Assembly: GCA_964016885.1 (NCBI GenBank)
Contig: OZ024747.1
Span: 35,030,001 to 35,094,000 of the forward strand
DNA length: 64,000 nt
Direction of reading: 5' to 3'
Origin: Eledone cirrhosa
Lineage: Eukaryota
The notes beneath the pieces were generated by a model that saw only the letters and a list, made by a program, of their open reading frames with translations, made no database searches and had not been told where the DNA came from. A program made the translations under genes and the position numbers. Every line of letters starts with the position of its first letter. Position 1 is the stretch's first letter. Shown one piece after another: positions 48,420-62,299 of this stretch.

Positions 48420-51268
48420 ACCTTTCCAAGAGCAAATAGTTTTGTCCATAATGCCAAAACAGAATGCAGGGAGACTTTGCTTCTGCTGTCCGCACTGCAA
48501 AGGTTATCGCTGGCCACATTAACCCAAATCTCTGTGCTGCTTCCAGGGTAAAGTGAAACTCCCTCAACTTCCTCCTCTCCACCAAATATACTGAAATATT
48601 TCGATATGACTCAAGCAGGAAATTATTTTATAACAATGTACTTGCCTTAGCATCAATTGGTTGCAAAGAGAATAAAGCACCAGGATTTATTCCCACATTA
48701 ATATTCCGCGTAAGATTTGACATATTATTGGATCACTATTTCCAAGCAATGCTTCACCCAAGATTGCGCAGCTTTACTTCTATGATACAGATCACGAGCT
48801 TCAGAATCGCTTGCATCATGCTAATTTAGATGCTTCTGTCCTGCAGGACCTCCGAGCAGACTTACACTACTGCAACACCTATATAAGAAGCTTCAAGGCA
48901 ATCATTGAAATGCCAGTCTCTGAAAATGTGAATATTGTCCTACATGCTGACAAAGTAAAACCCACTGATTTTCATTGTCGCACATATACTTTTCCCATTG
49001 TATCTGAGATTGCTGTTATTCAACCTGATACAGCATTAGGTTTCTTGAATGTCATCATCCATAAAAGAGATGGTGGTATTCAGAGGATTCATCAGTTGCA
49101 CCATTCATATGATCCACTGCATTATGTGCTACTGTCTCCTTGGGGGAATGATGGGTTTCAGGTTGGTTTGTAAAGGATTGACAACAACCACACACGCACA
49201 CCAATTTATTTCTACTGTTATCGGTTTCAGGTTAGGTAAGGTTACTGTAACATAATCATGAAGAGCAGCGGCTGATTCAGCAATATGCTGTAGATGCCCA
49301 GGCAAAAATAGAACATTGTCGCCTCAAATGGTCCCGCAACAATCAAACCATGATACGAGCTGAACAGTATGAGAGTTTGTATGGTGCTGTGGCTGAAGGA
49401 GATTCAGTAAATGCAGGCCGGAGATTTGTTCTTCCTCCTTCAATCTATGGTTCCCCTCACTTCTACAGTGAGTGCTTTCACAATTCGATGACTGTGGTTC
49501 GACACATGGGAAAGCCCTCTTATTTCATCACAGTAACCACTAAACCTAACTGGGATGACATAAAAACTAGTTTGATGAAGAACCTAGAGACCGTCTCGAT
49601 ATTTATACAAGATCAAGTATGGCAGCCACATGGATGACATACTGAAAAAGAAAATGTCCTAGGAAAGGCTGTGGCTCATCCTGCTACAATAGAGTGGCAG
49701 AAACGAGGCCTCACTCATGCTCATATTCTGCTGATAATGGCTGAAGATAGCAAGCCCAAAACTTCTGATCCCATTGACCCGGTAGTCTACTGTGAGATTC
49801 CTGATAAAGAGACCAATCCAATTCTGCATAAGATCAACACATCCTGCAACATTCATGGCCCCTGCGGACAAGCTAATATGATGTGCTCACGTATGGAAGG
49901 GCTAGGACAACAACGCGATTGCTCAAAAGGTTATCCTAAGGCATTCAGACAAACCACATTTGTTGCCGAAAATTCCTTTCCGGAGTTTAGAAGGAGGGAT
50001 AGACAGTATGGTGGTCACACCCATACAATCCACCTTAAAGGTCAATAATTTACTGTTGATAATCGTTGGATTGTTCCATACAAACCTTTCCTCATATTGA
50101 GACAGCCGATGACTAAGTTGACGGAATATTTTCAACTGAATATTAGAGACCCACCGGCACAAAACATATTGTTTATTCCTTACTATTTCATTTGGACAAA
50201 CACAAATTCGTAAAGAAAAAAAAGAGACATATGGATGGTGATCAACAATTTATGAGTGAATCTCTTGGACGCATTCCAACAGTATCTCTCAGTAGATATC
50301 AATCTGAATTATATTATCCCAGTTTGATCCTATATCACAAGATTGGGTCAACTTCATACAAATATTTGAGGACAATTGAAGGTGTTGAATTTCCAACACT
50401 CCAAGAAGCATGCAGGAAACTTTGTTTGTTGGATGAAGATGGAGAAAAAGACAAAACTATGAAAGAGGACTCATCCATTTAGCTTGGACCTCAGGTGCGA
50501 GAAATCTTCTGCACCATTTTATTGTACAGCATGCCAAATGACCCTCTGAAGTTCTGGGAGAAATGGAAGAATTGCCTTGCAGAGGATATCATGCAATAAC
50601 GTATTGAGCAGGTCATGCAAACCTTGCAGATTGTTCTACAGAAGATCCAACAAAGACTTCAACATGATGGCTTGGACATTCATGCCAACTATGGACTTGC
50701 TCGGCCATATCGAACTATTGTTGCCATACCAGAAATCAACAGGGTTCTTATGGCAGAAACTGATTTCAATAAACACCAACTGCACGCAAACATAAATGAA
50801 CTTCCGACAATATTGAATCCTGAGCAACTAGTTATTTTTCTGAAAGTAATCACCTCTGTAAATGAACATGAAGGCAGAATTTTCTGCTTGAATGCAAGTG
50901 CAGTCGCAGGAAAGACCTATGTCATAAACATCCTATTGGATTACCTCCGATCTAAAAAGAATTGCACTTGCTACTGCCGTATCTGAAATAGCAGCCACTT
51001 TGCTTCACAAAGGTAGAACTCTTCATTCCAAGTGCAAGATTCCTCTCAATGTGACTGCTGAATCAACTTGCTTCTTCACAAAAAGGGATGCCACGTGTAA
51101 ACTTATGCAGCAAGCTGAACTGCTAATCATTGATGAGATAGGTATGGGATATAAGCAAATCTTTGAAAGCCTTGACAGGAGCTTCAAAGATGTTCGAGAT
51201 TGCAAAAGGCTATTTGGTGGTCTAACAGTATTACTATCTGGTGACTGGAAGCAAAATCTTCCAGTTGG
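48420..51268 (+). pseudogene. Helitron RepHel pseudogene (Rep HUH and PIF1-like helicase)
   Basis: AQLYFYD, YDPLHYVLL, YFITVT, IEWQKRGLTHAHILL, DNRWIVPY, AGKTY, LLIIDE, FGGLTVLLSGDWKQNLPV; many stops and frameshifts. Confidence 0.95.
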
Positions 51269-51955
51269 TATGAGTGACACCACTCGCGAGATCGCTGCAT
51301 CTGTTTTTGATTTGCGCGATCTCGTTCGTGATGTATCCTCTTTTGGCACTGTTAGGGAGGGCGGACTTGTAGTGAACGAATAGGTCCCTGCAGGCTGCCT
51401 TTCGGTAGAAGTTGCAGTGGATCCTTCCCTGTTCCGTGATGTTGATTCGGAAGTCGAGGAGGGCAAGTGACCTGTCTTCGTTGGAGTGTTCAACACTGAA
51501 CTCAATGTTCTCGTCCGTGTTGTTGAACGTCTCATAGATTCTGTTCGCCGTGTCTTGGGAAGGTGTGAGGATGAGAATATCGTCCACGTACCTTGAGAAA
51601 AAGGCTACGGCGTTGGGGTGGCAGGCGTTGAGTGCCTTGCGTTCGAGGTTGTCCATGTAAGAGATCGCTAGCACACCTGATAGGCTTGATCCCATGGGCA
51701 ATACCGAGGTTTGTTGGTATATTTGGTCAAGGAATCCGAAGTAGGTGTTGTCGACGACGATGGATAGGAGTTGGTGGATGTCAGTGGTGGTGAGCCCGAA
51801 GCAGTGTAGGTCGGTGGATTGGACGCGTTCCATTAGTATATTGACGGCCGGGAGTGCCGGGACCGAGGTGTAGAGAGCGACTACATCAAGGCTGAAGGCA
51901 TATCTGTTATTCCTTCTGGTGTCGGGATCCATTTGATGCAGGCGCTTCAACACCT
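51269..51955 (-). pseudogene. PLE reverse transcriptase core fragment
   Basis: FSLDVVALYTSV, LPMGSSLSG, FSRYVDDIL, LALLD, FYRK..HYKSALP. Confidence 0.9.
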
Positions 51956-52007
51956 CCTATATATATATATGTATGTGTGTTTGTATGCAAGCACAGACAC
52001 AATCAGC

Positions 52008-52044
<37 letters not shown>

Positions 52045-54440
52045 GCGTATATGTACCTGTATACATGTGTGCAAAATGAGCTCATACGTATGATGTAGCT
52101 TTGAGTGCATTATTTCCAACTGCTCAGCCCTAAATAATGACATTTTAATTGTGCACGTTCTATTGAACACTTTCAAAGCAATTGTAGAAAGCAATACTGT
52201 TTTACCTTAAAATTTCTATGTAAATTTCTAAACATATTCCATCTCTTGATTGAGGTATTTTCTGCTCAACATCAATGTATAGATTCTTACCTATCTACAC
52301 TCTCTTCACGTAAAGGTGTCTCACAACATTGTTTCTTTAAGACCTATCAACTTTTAAATGTTCATTAGTAATTGCCATTCAACCCTTACTGCATGTATCC
52401 TTCTACAAAACATATTTCAAACACAGTAATCGCATGCCAATACAGCACACCATACTTGAGGTATAATGTACAATCGTTCTCCAATTCAAATATGAAAACC
52501 TGGTTGCTATATATATATATATCAAATAAACATTCTCGATTATCACAGTTACCATGTGATCAATAGATTATTGTAATCATTAATGTCGCTACGAATGTTA
52601 AATGTTTTGATTAGAGATGATGCAATTCCATATTAAGTTACTAGAAACCCAGAGGTCAAGCATAATGAAGCGCTAATCACTATCAGACACGTGAAAAGAT
52701 AATAGTAAATCATATTGGGTCGCGCATATTAAATGGTGTTATTACTAACTGAAAGAAAAATCCTTTTAGACTCCATACACACGTAGTAAAAGTGACTAAT
52801 TCCTAATGAAGTATACATCCCTACACTATAAATGTTACCTCCGAAAATACTTTACTATGGCTACTAAAACAAGCTTTGAAATAATATGACATTTTATTTT
52901 ATCCAAACAAGCTTCTCTCTTTATTCGCCACCCACATGTAATTTTTCAATCATACTTATCTCCAAAAGTATCGTCACACATTACTTTTCACCAAAGCTAG
53001 TATTCTCTTGCGCAACCTGCTGCAGAAAAACTAAATGCAAGCCTCGAACTCCAAATATCTGATATACATACAAGTCAGGTTGATAAGTATTGCCGATGAG
53101 TACTACAAACGTTTGATGTACGGACATTATTATATATTCTATTCACAACAGTGCGCAGACATTTTAAAATTGAATGAGGCACCGAAATGCCTTTAAAACG
53201 TCAGCATAATTTTAGATCTGAGTACAAATCTCACCGGGGTCTAATTAGCTTTTCAATATTTCGAAATCAATAACAAAAATACCAATCCAGTACTCGGGTT
53301 GAATTTTAATCTATATCACTTACTGATCATTGTCTTGGCAAAGAAATCTGCTGTCTTCAATATTAGAAAGGTGATGGCATCCGTTAGGTTTACAATGCCC
53401 AACATATTATATTACAAAGGCTGTCTCTACGATTCCCAAATAATTTGCGGCACCATACCTATATGACTCGTTGTTTTATTCTCTGGTTCTAACACAACCC
53501 TCCCATTCAACAGCTTCCATCTCTTTTAACGACCCGTTGTCTGTGTTGTTATTGATTTGTCATTGACCTTTTCTCAACTCATCTCTCTTGGTCACTCCAC
53601 CAGTTTGCCTGTAAATACAAACCCACGCACAGGCACATACACACAAATGAATACGCACACACACACACACACAGACACACAAACAGACAAACACACACAT
53701 ACGCACATATTTATATACATATACATATTTATTTATTTAATTATATAATAAACAACATTAGATAATTATATCATTTACCAGTGGTTTCTTAAAGGCAGGT
53801 GTTATGTCTGACTTCAGTCGTCAGAATGAATAAGTAACATGGTGTTTTTATTAAGTATGGATTTGAAAACAAAATTTAGGAAATATGAATGTGAGGGTGA
53901 AAAAACGGGCAAAAAGGAATTAGGGGAAAACATATATAAATAAATATCCAGAACGTAAACATACACACACTCAACCACGTGCATATACGTAATAGTACGT
54001 AGACTTATACTTTCTCACATAAGCGTATTTGCGTCTACATGGAAATACGAACAGACACATAAAAACATACACACTCATACACACAAATCTATATGCACTC
54101 ATATATGTACACACAAACACACACACATATAAAAAAGAGGGTATATACACACACATACACATACATACATCCAAGCACAAAAACATAAAAACAAAAGACT
54201 CTACACATACGCGCACGTGTATATACACATACACATATATATATATTTTCCTGGATAGTCTGGAAAAACTTGAACCATTAAGCTCTTCTTCCTGGTTTTT
54301 GTCAATATTTATAAAAGAGACTTTGTATTTTATCTGATTATAGCGTGCCAATGTTTTGGTACCCTTGAAATATAACACAATAAATATGGTTTCATAAATA
54401 TAGTTTCCATTTATTTAATATCATTGTATATATATATATA

Positions 54441-57068
54441 CAGGTACTCCTCATTTAACGATCTACCCGTTTAACTATCTCTCGGAGTTACGAACATCTT
54501 CACGAATTACATATATTAGTTTAACAAAAATCTCTCGAAATTACGTCAATAATATATTCGCTCAACGACAATATCTCGCAGTTACGATCCGCAGAGAATA
54601 GTGACAGCACAGTTGTGAGTGAAAGTGAACGCAGTTGTGTACGGTAAGTTGGGCTGAGGCAACCGGCAGTGCTGAGCAGCCTCCAGCTCATCACCTTTCG
54701 CAGCTTCATTCGCGTCTATCCACTGAACACAAGAAGTTACCAAGTATTTTTTCGTTTCGATACCGTTACATCCCTCAAGATGTCAGCAAAAATAACCAGT
54801 ACTACACCAGGACCTTATCACAAGAAGTCAAAGAAATCCATTGATATAGAAACAAAGCTGAAGATCATCAAACAATATGAAGAAGGAGGTTAAAGTGAAC
54901 GCAATTGCTGCTAGAATGAACTTGGTAAGTTCTACTATATCTACCATCCTCAAGGACAAAGAAGTAGTGAAGGAGACGGCCAAGAACACAACGGGATACA
55001 ATGCTTTGATAACAAGACAGCGAAAAGGCCTGATACATGAAATGGTGAAATTGTTGGCCATGTGGTTTGATGACCAAATAGCCAAACGAATGCCAATGAG
55101 TCTTCATATTATTCAAAGCAAGGCGCGCAGCATCTTCGAGAATCTCAAGTCACGTGAGGGAGACGAGTGTACTGAAACGTTTACAGCAAGCCACGGTTGG
55201 TTCCAGCAATTTCGTCGTCGATTTAATTTGCACAACCGTTGTATTACTGGTGAAGCAACAAGTGTTGATACGGAAGCAGCAAAAACATTTCTCGATGTTT
55301 TAGACAAGATTGTCGAGGAAGGAGACTATCGCCCGGAACAAATTTTCAGTGTCGACGAAACTGGTCTCTTTTTGAAAAAAAATGCCTGAAAGAATGTATC
55401 TTCACAAAGAGGCTAAAAATATGCCCGGCTTCAAGGATCGAGTGACGTTGCTTTTAGGCGGAAATGTTGCGGGGCGTAAGATGAAACCATTTTTCATTTA
55501 TCGTTCCCAAACCCCACGTGCATTAAAGAACGTGAACAAACTCACGCTGCTAGTGTTTTATCGGGCAAACAACAAGGCATGGATGACGCAATCTTCGAGG
55601 ACTGATTCATCAACTGCTTTATACCTGCAGCCAGGGAATACTGCCTTGAAAACAACATTCCCTTCAAGATTCTACTTCTCCTGGATAATGCTCCCGGCCA
55701 GCCCCCCAACATATTTATGACCTGCATCCTAATGTTAAAGTAGTGTATCTGCCCCAAAATACGACGTCAATTCTTCAACCAATGGACCAGGGGGTGATAT
55801 CTACTTTCAAGGCGTATTATTTACGAACTACTTTTGCACAGGCAGTAACACCAACGGAGGATGACGTAATGGATCATCGTGAATTTTGGAAAGATTTTAA
55901 TATTGTCAACTGCATCAAGAACATCAACGGAGCCTGGCGGGATGTGAGTGAAAAATGTATGAAAGGTGTATAGAAGAAATGCTTGAAAAGGTTTGTTAAT
56001 AATTTTGAAGGTTTTGATAAAAATTCAGATTTTGAAGTGATAAGTAATAAAATAGTTGTTCTTGCTCAAAAGTTGCGGTTGGAAGTGCATGCGCAAGATG
56101 TGGAAAATTTAGTGAACTTTGTTGAAGGAGAGTTGACTGACGAAAATGTAATAGAGTTGGAAGAGCAGCGACATAGAGAAGAGTTGGAAGAAGCAGCAGA
56201 ACAACCATATGAGGAACAGACAAATTCACTGTTAAGGGCTTGGCGGAAGTATTCACGCATATGAGTAAGACGATGTCAGGATTGGAGGCAATGTATGCTA
56301 ACATTGAACGCTTGGCAACATTTAAAAGACATTTGGAAGATAGACTACGTTGCTATCGTGAAATTTATGATGAGAAAAAAAAGCAAACAAAACAGTCATC
56401 TATGCTGAGCTTTCTGGTGAAAACTCCGACTCCAACCCCACATACATACCAAATATCTGTAGTACTGTAATATGATGTGTATTGTGCAAATAGCATATCA
56501 TACAAGAGAGAAAATAAAAAGATAACATGAAAAATATATTGCCGAGTGTTAAAGAGAGAAGCTATTCGGTGCCAATAAGGTAGCCTAGCCTAGGTTTGAA
56601 AACCTTGAAATCCACAGCTAAAACAAGAAGTAAGGCATTAATATACTTTATAAAGAAAAGCTATAGTGCTATGTATAACATACGATTTAAAGTTAAAGAT
56701 ATCAGTCAAAATAAAGAAACAATATATTCAGAATCATTCTGAACGTATATGACAAATGTTGGCCGAGCGAAAGGTTATTCAGTGTGCATAATATAGCCTA
56801 GCTTAAGTTTGAAAATCTTGAAATCCACAGCTAAAACAAAAAATAAGACTACTGTACAGTAATATACTTTATAAAGAAAAGCTATAATTATGTGTATATG
56901 ATTTTAAGTTAAAAACTATTAATCGAAATAAAGAAACAATATCAAGAATATATACTGTACTGTACAGGCCTATATGCCCAATGTCGGCAGAAAATCACTC
57001 GTTTAACGGTCATTTCGCTTGACAAACGGGTCATTGGAACGTAACCCGTTCGTTAAACGAGGAGTATT

Positions 57069-57070
<2 letters not shown>
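54441..57070 (+). mobile_element. Tigger/pogo DNA transposon, full length, decayed
   Basis: TIRs caggtactcctcatttaacga and the reverse complement of tcgttaaacgaggagtatttg; TA on both sides. Confidence 0.95.
54780..56470 (+). pseudogene. Tigger transposase (HTH/CENP-B-like and DDE domains), frameshifted
   Basis: FTASHGWF, FSVDETGLF, DRVTLLLGGN, LLLDNAPG, LPQNTTSILQPMDQGVI. Confidence 0.95.
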
Positions 57071-57152
<82 letters not shown>

Positions 57153-57155
57153 TAA

Positions 57156-57236
<81 letters not shown>

Positions 57237-57256
57237 TAAATATATATATATATATA

Positions 57257-57981
57257 TGATAATAAGGGCGCTGCGGAGTTGCAAATGGATTACATATGAA
57301 ACAAGTTTGTCCTTCATCAGTGATCTTCCAACTATCATAGGCATTTCATCGCTTTAAAAACCATATACCTCCGGTTGGTGCGAGCAACGGCTAAAAAAAG
57401 TCGTTGGGACACGTAAATAAAGGGGACGCAAGGGTAAACAAACAAAATGGTGAGGCAACAGAAAGTGAGGAAGAAGGAGACAAGTCCCAGATTTCTATGA
57501 ATTTAAGTTCGGTGAAATCGTGAACGAGAGAATAAAGACCATCAAACCTGGTTGAAATGTGAGCAAGGAAGGAATTTCGCACAGGTCTAACGGGAGGAAG
57601 AAGGGGTCTGGTCTGCGAATTCGGTAAACATAAGTTCTGTGAAATCGTAGACGAGAGAGAAAAAATTCCGACCAGCTTGGCCGAGAATGTGAGAGAAAAG
57701 AGTTACTCACAGGTCAAACGGGAAGAAAGAGGAGGAGGAGGATAGGTAGTGACAGAGAATGAGTGAGTGAAGGGTGAGGTGAGGAAGAGGCTAACAGAGA
57801 GAGAGACTGCTAGAAAGGGTAAAGATACATAGAACGAAAAAGACGGTGTAGCAGCAGAGGAAAAAATATGTGTAAATATGATAATAAGGGCGCTGCGGAG
57901 TTGCAAATGGGTTACATATGAAAAAAATTGTCCTTCATCAGTGATCTTCCAACTATCATAGGCATTTCATCGCTTTAAAAA

Positions 57982-57984
<3 letters not shown>
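57257..57984 (-). mobile_element. Family A element: 621-nt unit plus 107-nt terminal redundancy; rearranged HHR at 57296-57378
   Basis: 57257-57363 is repeated at 57878-57984. Non-coding, with (TA)n on both sides. Confidence 0.85.
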
Positions 57985-58044
<60 letters not shown>

Positions 58045-58640
58045 CTTAAACTTTAATCTGTTATTTTAATAAATATATATATATAGATAAATATAAATTA
58101 GCGAGAATCGCATTTCGGCTTTGGAAATTAGCGAAAAACAACTTCCGAGATGTGTGGCAAGCGCTCAATAATTCTAACGAACCAAAGCTACAGCATACGT
58201 TAAAAGGCCAAACACACTGAGACGATGGTTAAACCATTAACCGCACAGCCATAGAAACGACCAAGTAATTCGGGTCACTCAAATAAATAAATGATTCAAA
58301 AATTTACCCGGACCCCTGGATGGTTGGTAAAAATCCAGTATTTGGGTTTCTGCGACTCCTAAATCAAGTAATGTCCGCTTACAAAAATAATATTAGGCTT
58401 CTGGTAAGATGATTGAACAAGGAAGTCACTTTCTCAACAGGCTTTTAGTTCGAGTGCCAGGCCAAGGAATGACCGTTACCAATACCCACGTGGGGCTCGA
58501 CAAGGGAGGCTATCCTTATTTTTGGCGGATGAATTCAGTATGTGTATATTATTGCAACATTGCAAAATATCTCAAAACGTAGTTATTTTTTTACAAAATG
58601 AAAAAATAACCGAGATGTCCTACACGAGTGAAAGTATAAA

Positions 58641-59615
58641 GAAAAAAGATGAAGTCGAAAATGCAACTGGAGTCTTATTTGTTTAAATATATATATTTAT
58701 TTGGTTCCTTTACTGGTTTCGTAGTTCTTCTACTTTTCAAAAGTAGAGTTGAGATTGAGTGTCTGTGGTTTTTCTCACATCTGATTGGTCTTTGAATGAT
58801 ACTTGTTTTATATGGAAAAAGTGGCTCGAAATGCCAGGTTTTTAGAGAAGTAATTTGATTGTTTGGTGAATAAGTATGATACATTTCGCGCCAGTTCGTG
58901 TTACAAAGTTCTTCAAAAAAAGGGGGCGGCCTCAGGTTGTTTTTTCATATATGAGTGAAGTTTTGTTGGTTGATGTAGTCACGTGAATAAGCACATCAGC
59001 TTTCGCGCCATTTTGTGTTTGAATTTCTTTTTACTGAAAAAAAGTGGCTCACGAAGGCTTTTTTTAAAATGTAATTTGATTGGTTATAAATGAAATTATG
59101 ACTCTCACGTGAACAAGTTCATTAAATTCGCGCCCGTATTTGGTAATTTATTTTGTAGCCTTTTAGTGAATGTTGTGCCAAACAAAAGATAATGGTCAAG
59201 AGAAATGGGATGGGGAGAATTGTTCTAATTCAGTGAATATAGCTGGTTCACAGGGGTGTCAGAATTCAGACTTTCTATTGAAATAAAGAAAGTATAGACA
59301 TGTATGTTTATTTGTGTGCTTCTGTGTCTGTGTGTGTATGTATGTAAGAAGATGATTTTATTAGTAAAAATGGGGGAGGGAATTGTGTGTGTGTATGGGT
59401 ATTATGTGTGTGTGTGTGTGTGTGTGGGAGTATGGTTAGCATGTTAAGATGGAGAGAATATATATATATATTTTTTTTTGTAAGAAAATCTATAGACAGA
59501 TCTCAACTGTACTTTTGAAAAGCAGAAGAACTACGAAACCGGTAAAGGTACCACATAAATATATATATTTAAAAGAAAAAAGACTCCCGTTACATGTTCG
59601 ACTTCATCTCTTTTC
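58641..59615. repeat. Inverted arms 58641-58779 and 59479-59615 with an HHR 3' half
   Basis: ~140-bp diverged inverted repeat containing GAAA-ccgg-TA. Confidence 0.7.
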
Positions 59616-59760
59616 CATATATATATATATAAATGAAAATAGAGAAATTAATGTAAGCAAAAGCCGACAATAATTCGGATATATATATACATATACACAC
59701 ACATACAAACACACACATATATATATGTATATATTTATTATAAGAACATATTATTATTAT

Positions 59761-59850
59761 TATTGGCAGTATTGGTAGAGCGTCAGGCATCATACATTGC
59801 AGCAAGGACTTATGGCCCTTTACATTCTGAGTTCAGACTAGGTTAACTTT
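59761..59850 (+). mobile_element. SINE 5' half
   Basis: attggcagtattggtagagcgtc..ctgagttca..ggttaacttt. Confidence 0.75.
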
Positions 59851-61110
59851 GAAAATGACCACATCAACCACAACAATAACAGCGACAACCAAAATACAGA
59901 CATCAGAAATAAAGACAACAAATGCAACAACGAAATTAACACCATTAACAATAAAATAAATAGCGACAACATCAACAGGATCAATACAAACTGTATCGAG
60001 ATCAACAACAACGGGGGCACCAACAACACAACCAACTGCAACAGTGATATCAGCAACGCCACCAACAACACCGTTTGTAGCAGTAGCAACAGCAACAGCA
60101 CCAACAATAAGACCAGTAGTAGAAGTAGCGGCGGCAACAATGATGCCACTGAAAAAGGGAACATCTCTTTTGTTAAGGTAGTTCGTAACCTAGAAACAGT
60201 CCTTGTCACAAAGGAGGAGATGGCGGTCGCAAGACACATGGTAACCAGAACTGAAATTTCAGTGTCATACCGCACGATTGCCACGAAATCGCGTCGGGTG
60301 GAGAGGGCCACTGGAGTCCAAATCCAGAAGGCCTTGGGAACTGTGTGGGCAATGAAAACCCACATCACCAGAGGCAAGAAGTATGCTACCGTGGACGTCA
60401 TTTTGCTACCACCCAGGAAGCAAAATCGCACTCACTGAGGACCCGACGGAGTGATGACATTACATTAGATCCGTTTTACTTCGGAAAAAATATTGCAACG
60501 GTCAGAGTAACCCAGGTGTCGCCCTACGTACCCGTGCCTTGGCTAGTCTTGTCTGAGAATAGAACAACCATTCTGTAGGTACAGAAGTTGGCGAGAGAGG
60601 AATGGTCCGGTATTGGAATGGAGATGGTCATCCAAACCGACCAGGACTGCATCAGCACTATTCCCGACGTAATAGACATCGGGAATGGCTCCTCCCGAGT
60701 TCAGAGAGTAGGAGGACAATGTCTGAGACACCCACACCAACGCCACAGATAACGGAAACAGCAGCGGCGGTGACTGCAGCAACAGAAATATTTGCACTAG
60801 CTGCACCTTGCCAAGAACGGCAGACCAGGCAGCACCATCAACAACAACAGAAACAAAGACAAATGAGAGGGTAGAACTCATAACCCACCCCGACCTCTCA
60901 CAGTTGGACAAGGAGTATGAGGCGGCTGAGGAATGGAAAACGGTTGGCAACAAAAAAAACCCACACAAACAGCAGAGTTTCGCCCTCCAGAAGCGAGGGC
61001 AAAGAAAGAGGGGTAAAGGCTGCAAGGAGACTTGCAGCAACACCACCACCACAAACATCAGCACCAACAAGAAAACAACAACAAACCATCGCCCTCCCCC
61101 CCCCAAAAAA
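59851..61110 (+). pseudogene. Probable LINE ORF1-like remnant (Asn/Thr-rich start)
   Basis: The AAC-rich start is homologous to 62438-62700, which lies upstream of the APE ORF. Later coding-like composition. Family not confidently recognised. Confidence 0.5.
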
Positions 61111-61289
61111 AAATAATAATTACACAGCCATAAACATAGCACACAAAAGATTAATTGAACATATAAAGAAGCACACAGACATTATAAATATAAATTACCA
61201 CACGCCTACAACACCAAGTACATTACCAACAAATATTAACATTGTCTAAATTTAACTGGAAAATTATAAACATTCAAAACAAACATTCA

Positions 61290-61810
61290 CCAACGAAGTT
61301 GACGATTTCAGAGGGTCGCTCTCCAAGTGGATATACACAGATATCATCTTGGAGACACCCATGACCAGGCGAAGGGACGGTTCTAATGTCCCTTCCCCAC
61401 ACGATCAAGTTCGGGATAAAGTCTACAGCCATAGATCTACCGTCAGACGGGCAGGGCGACGAACCGTCCTGTATGCACTCGTCTAGTGTCCGGGCAATGC
61501 TGACATGTGGGTTTATGTCGAACACCAGCTGTCGCTTGTAGGATGGATCCGGCTATCAGCTGAGACCGTCGGGAGGATTGTCTCACCGTCTTCCTTTAAC
61601 CTGTAAGGGCAGGCAGATTTCATCTGTCTGGTGGCCATGGCGAAATATCGTGTGGTGGACGCGTTTGAAAAGCTGAAGACGAGCACTTAGATCTTCGCTG
61701 ATGCCATGATTTACAGTTTCAAATTTAATTTGAAAAGGAAAATCAGGGTAGAACGGGTAGTGCTCTCTTCCCAGCAGTTTGTTGAAAGATGGGTAAGAGA
61801 GGCAAGCACG
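61290..61810 (-). pseudogene. Possible L1/Tx1-type ORF2 C-terminal remnant
   Basis: GC-richer segment reading HHTIFRHGHQTDEIC..EDGETI, resembling the C-terminal Cys/His region. Confidence 0.35.
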
Positions 61811-62299
61811 GCCTGAGGGAATGGGCCTGGTCTGTGTATGCGCCTGTAAATTGAAGGTGGAAAACTGGGAGAGCACACTTGCCCTGGTTGTGTGGGCCAC
61901 CGTGGCATTTTTAATGAGCTTTCTCCACGAATGTCATTCAGTAGACTCCACATTAGGGAGTTTCCCTTTGTTTCTTTTTGGTCATTTTCTGTGCTTTTTA
62001 CTTTACAAACAGAAATGCCAATTCGTACCGTCATGTAACGTCCTGTGCTGTTCTTAATGTTATACATGTCAACCCTCATGGTTAATGGAGAAGACAAAAA
62101 ACATTATTATTTATTATTTTTTGCTCGCTCTCGTAAGTCTCTGTATTTACCTGTCATAATAATTTATTCTTAAATTGTTGTTGTTGTGTAGGGGATGTGA
62201 GCCCTTGGACTTTGCCATGTGAAGGGGAAAGTATAATATTTGAACTTTTTACATTTAAAAATTCTCGATAAAACAATATATACATGGCTGAGCCACGTC

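Noticed and set aside
56520-56950. ~220-bp tandem duplication in the Tigger 3' region
   Set aside because: Ordinary internal duplication.
57310-57363. Alternative reading of family A as a simple type II HHR (GAAA-tgcc-TA-tgat..atca-CTGATGA)
   Set aside because: The tgat/atca pairing is lost in family B and the triplet is lost at 47157, whereas the rearranged model's helices covary.
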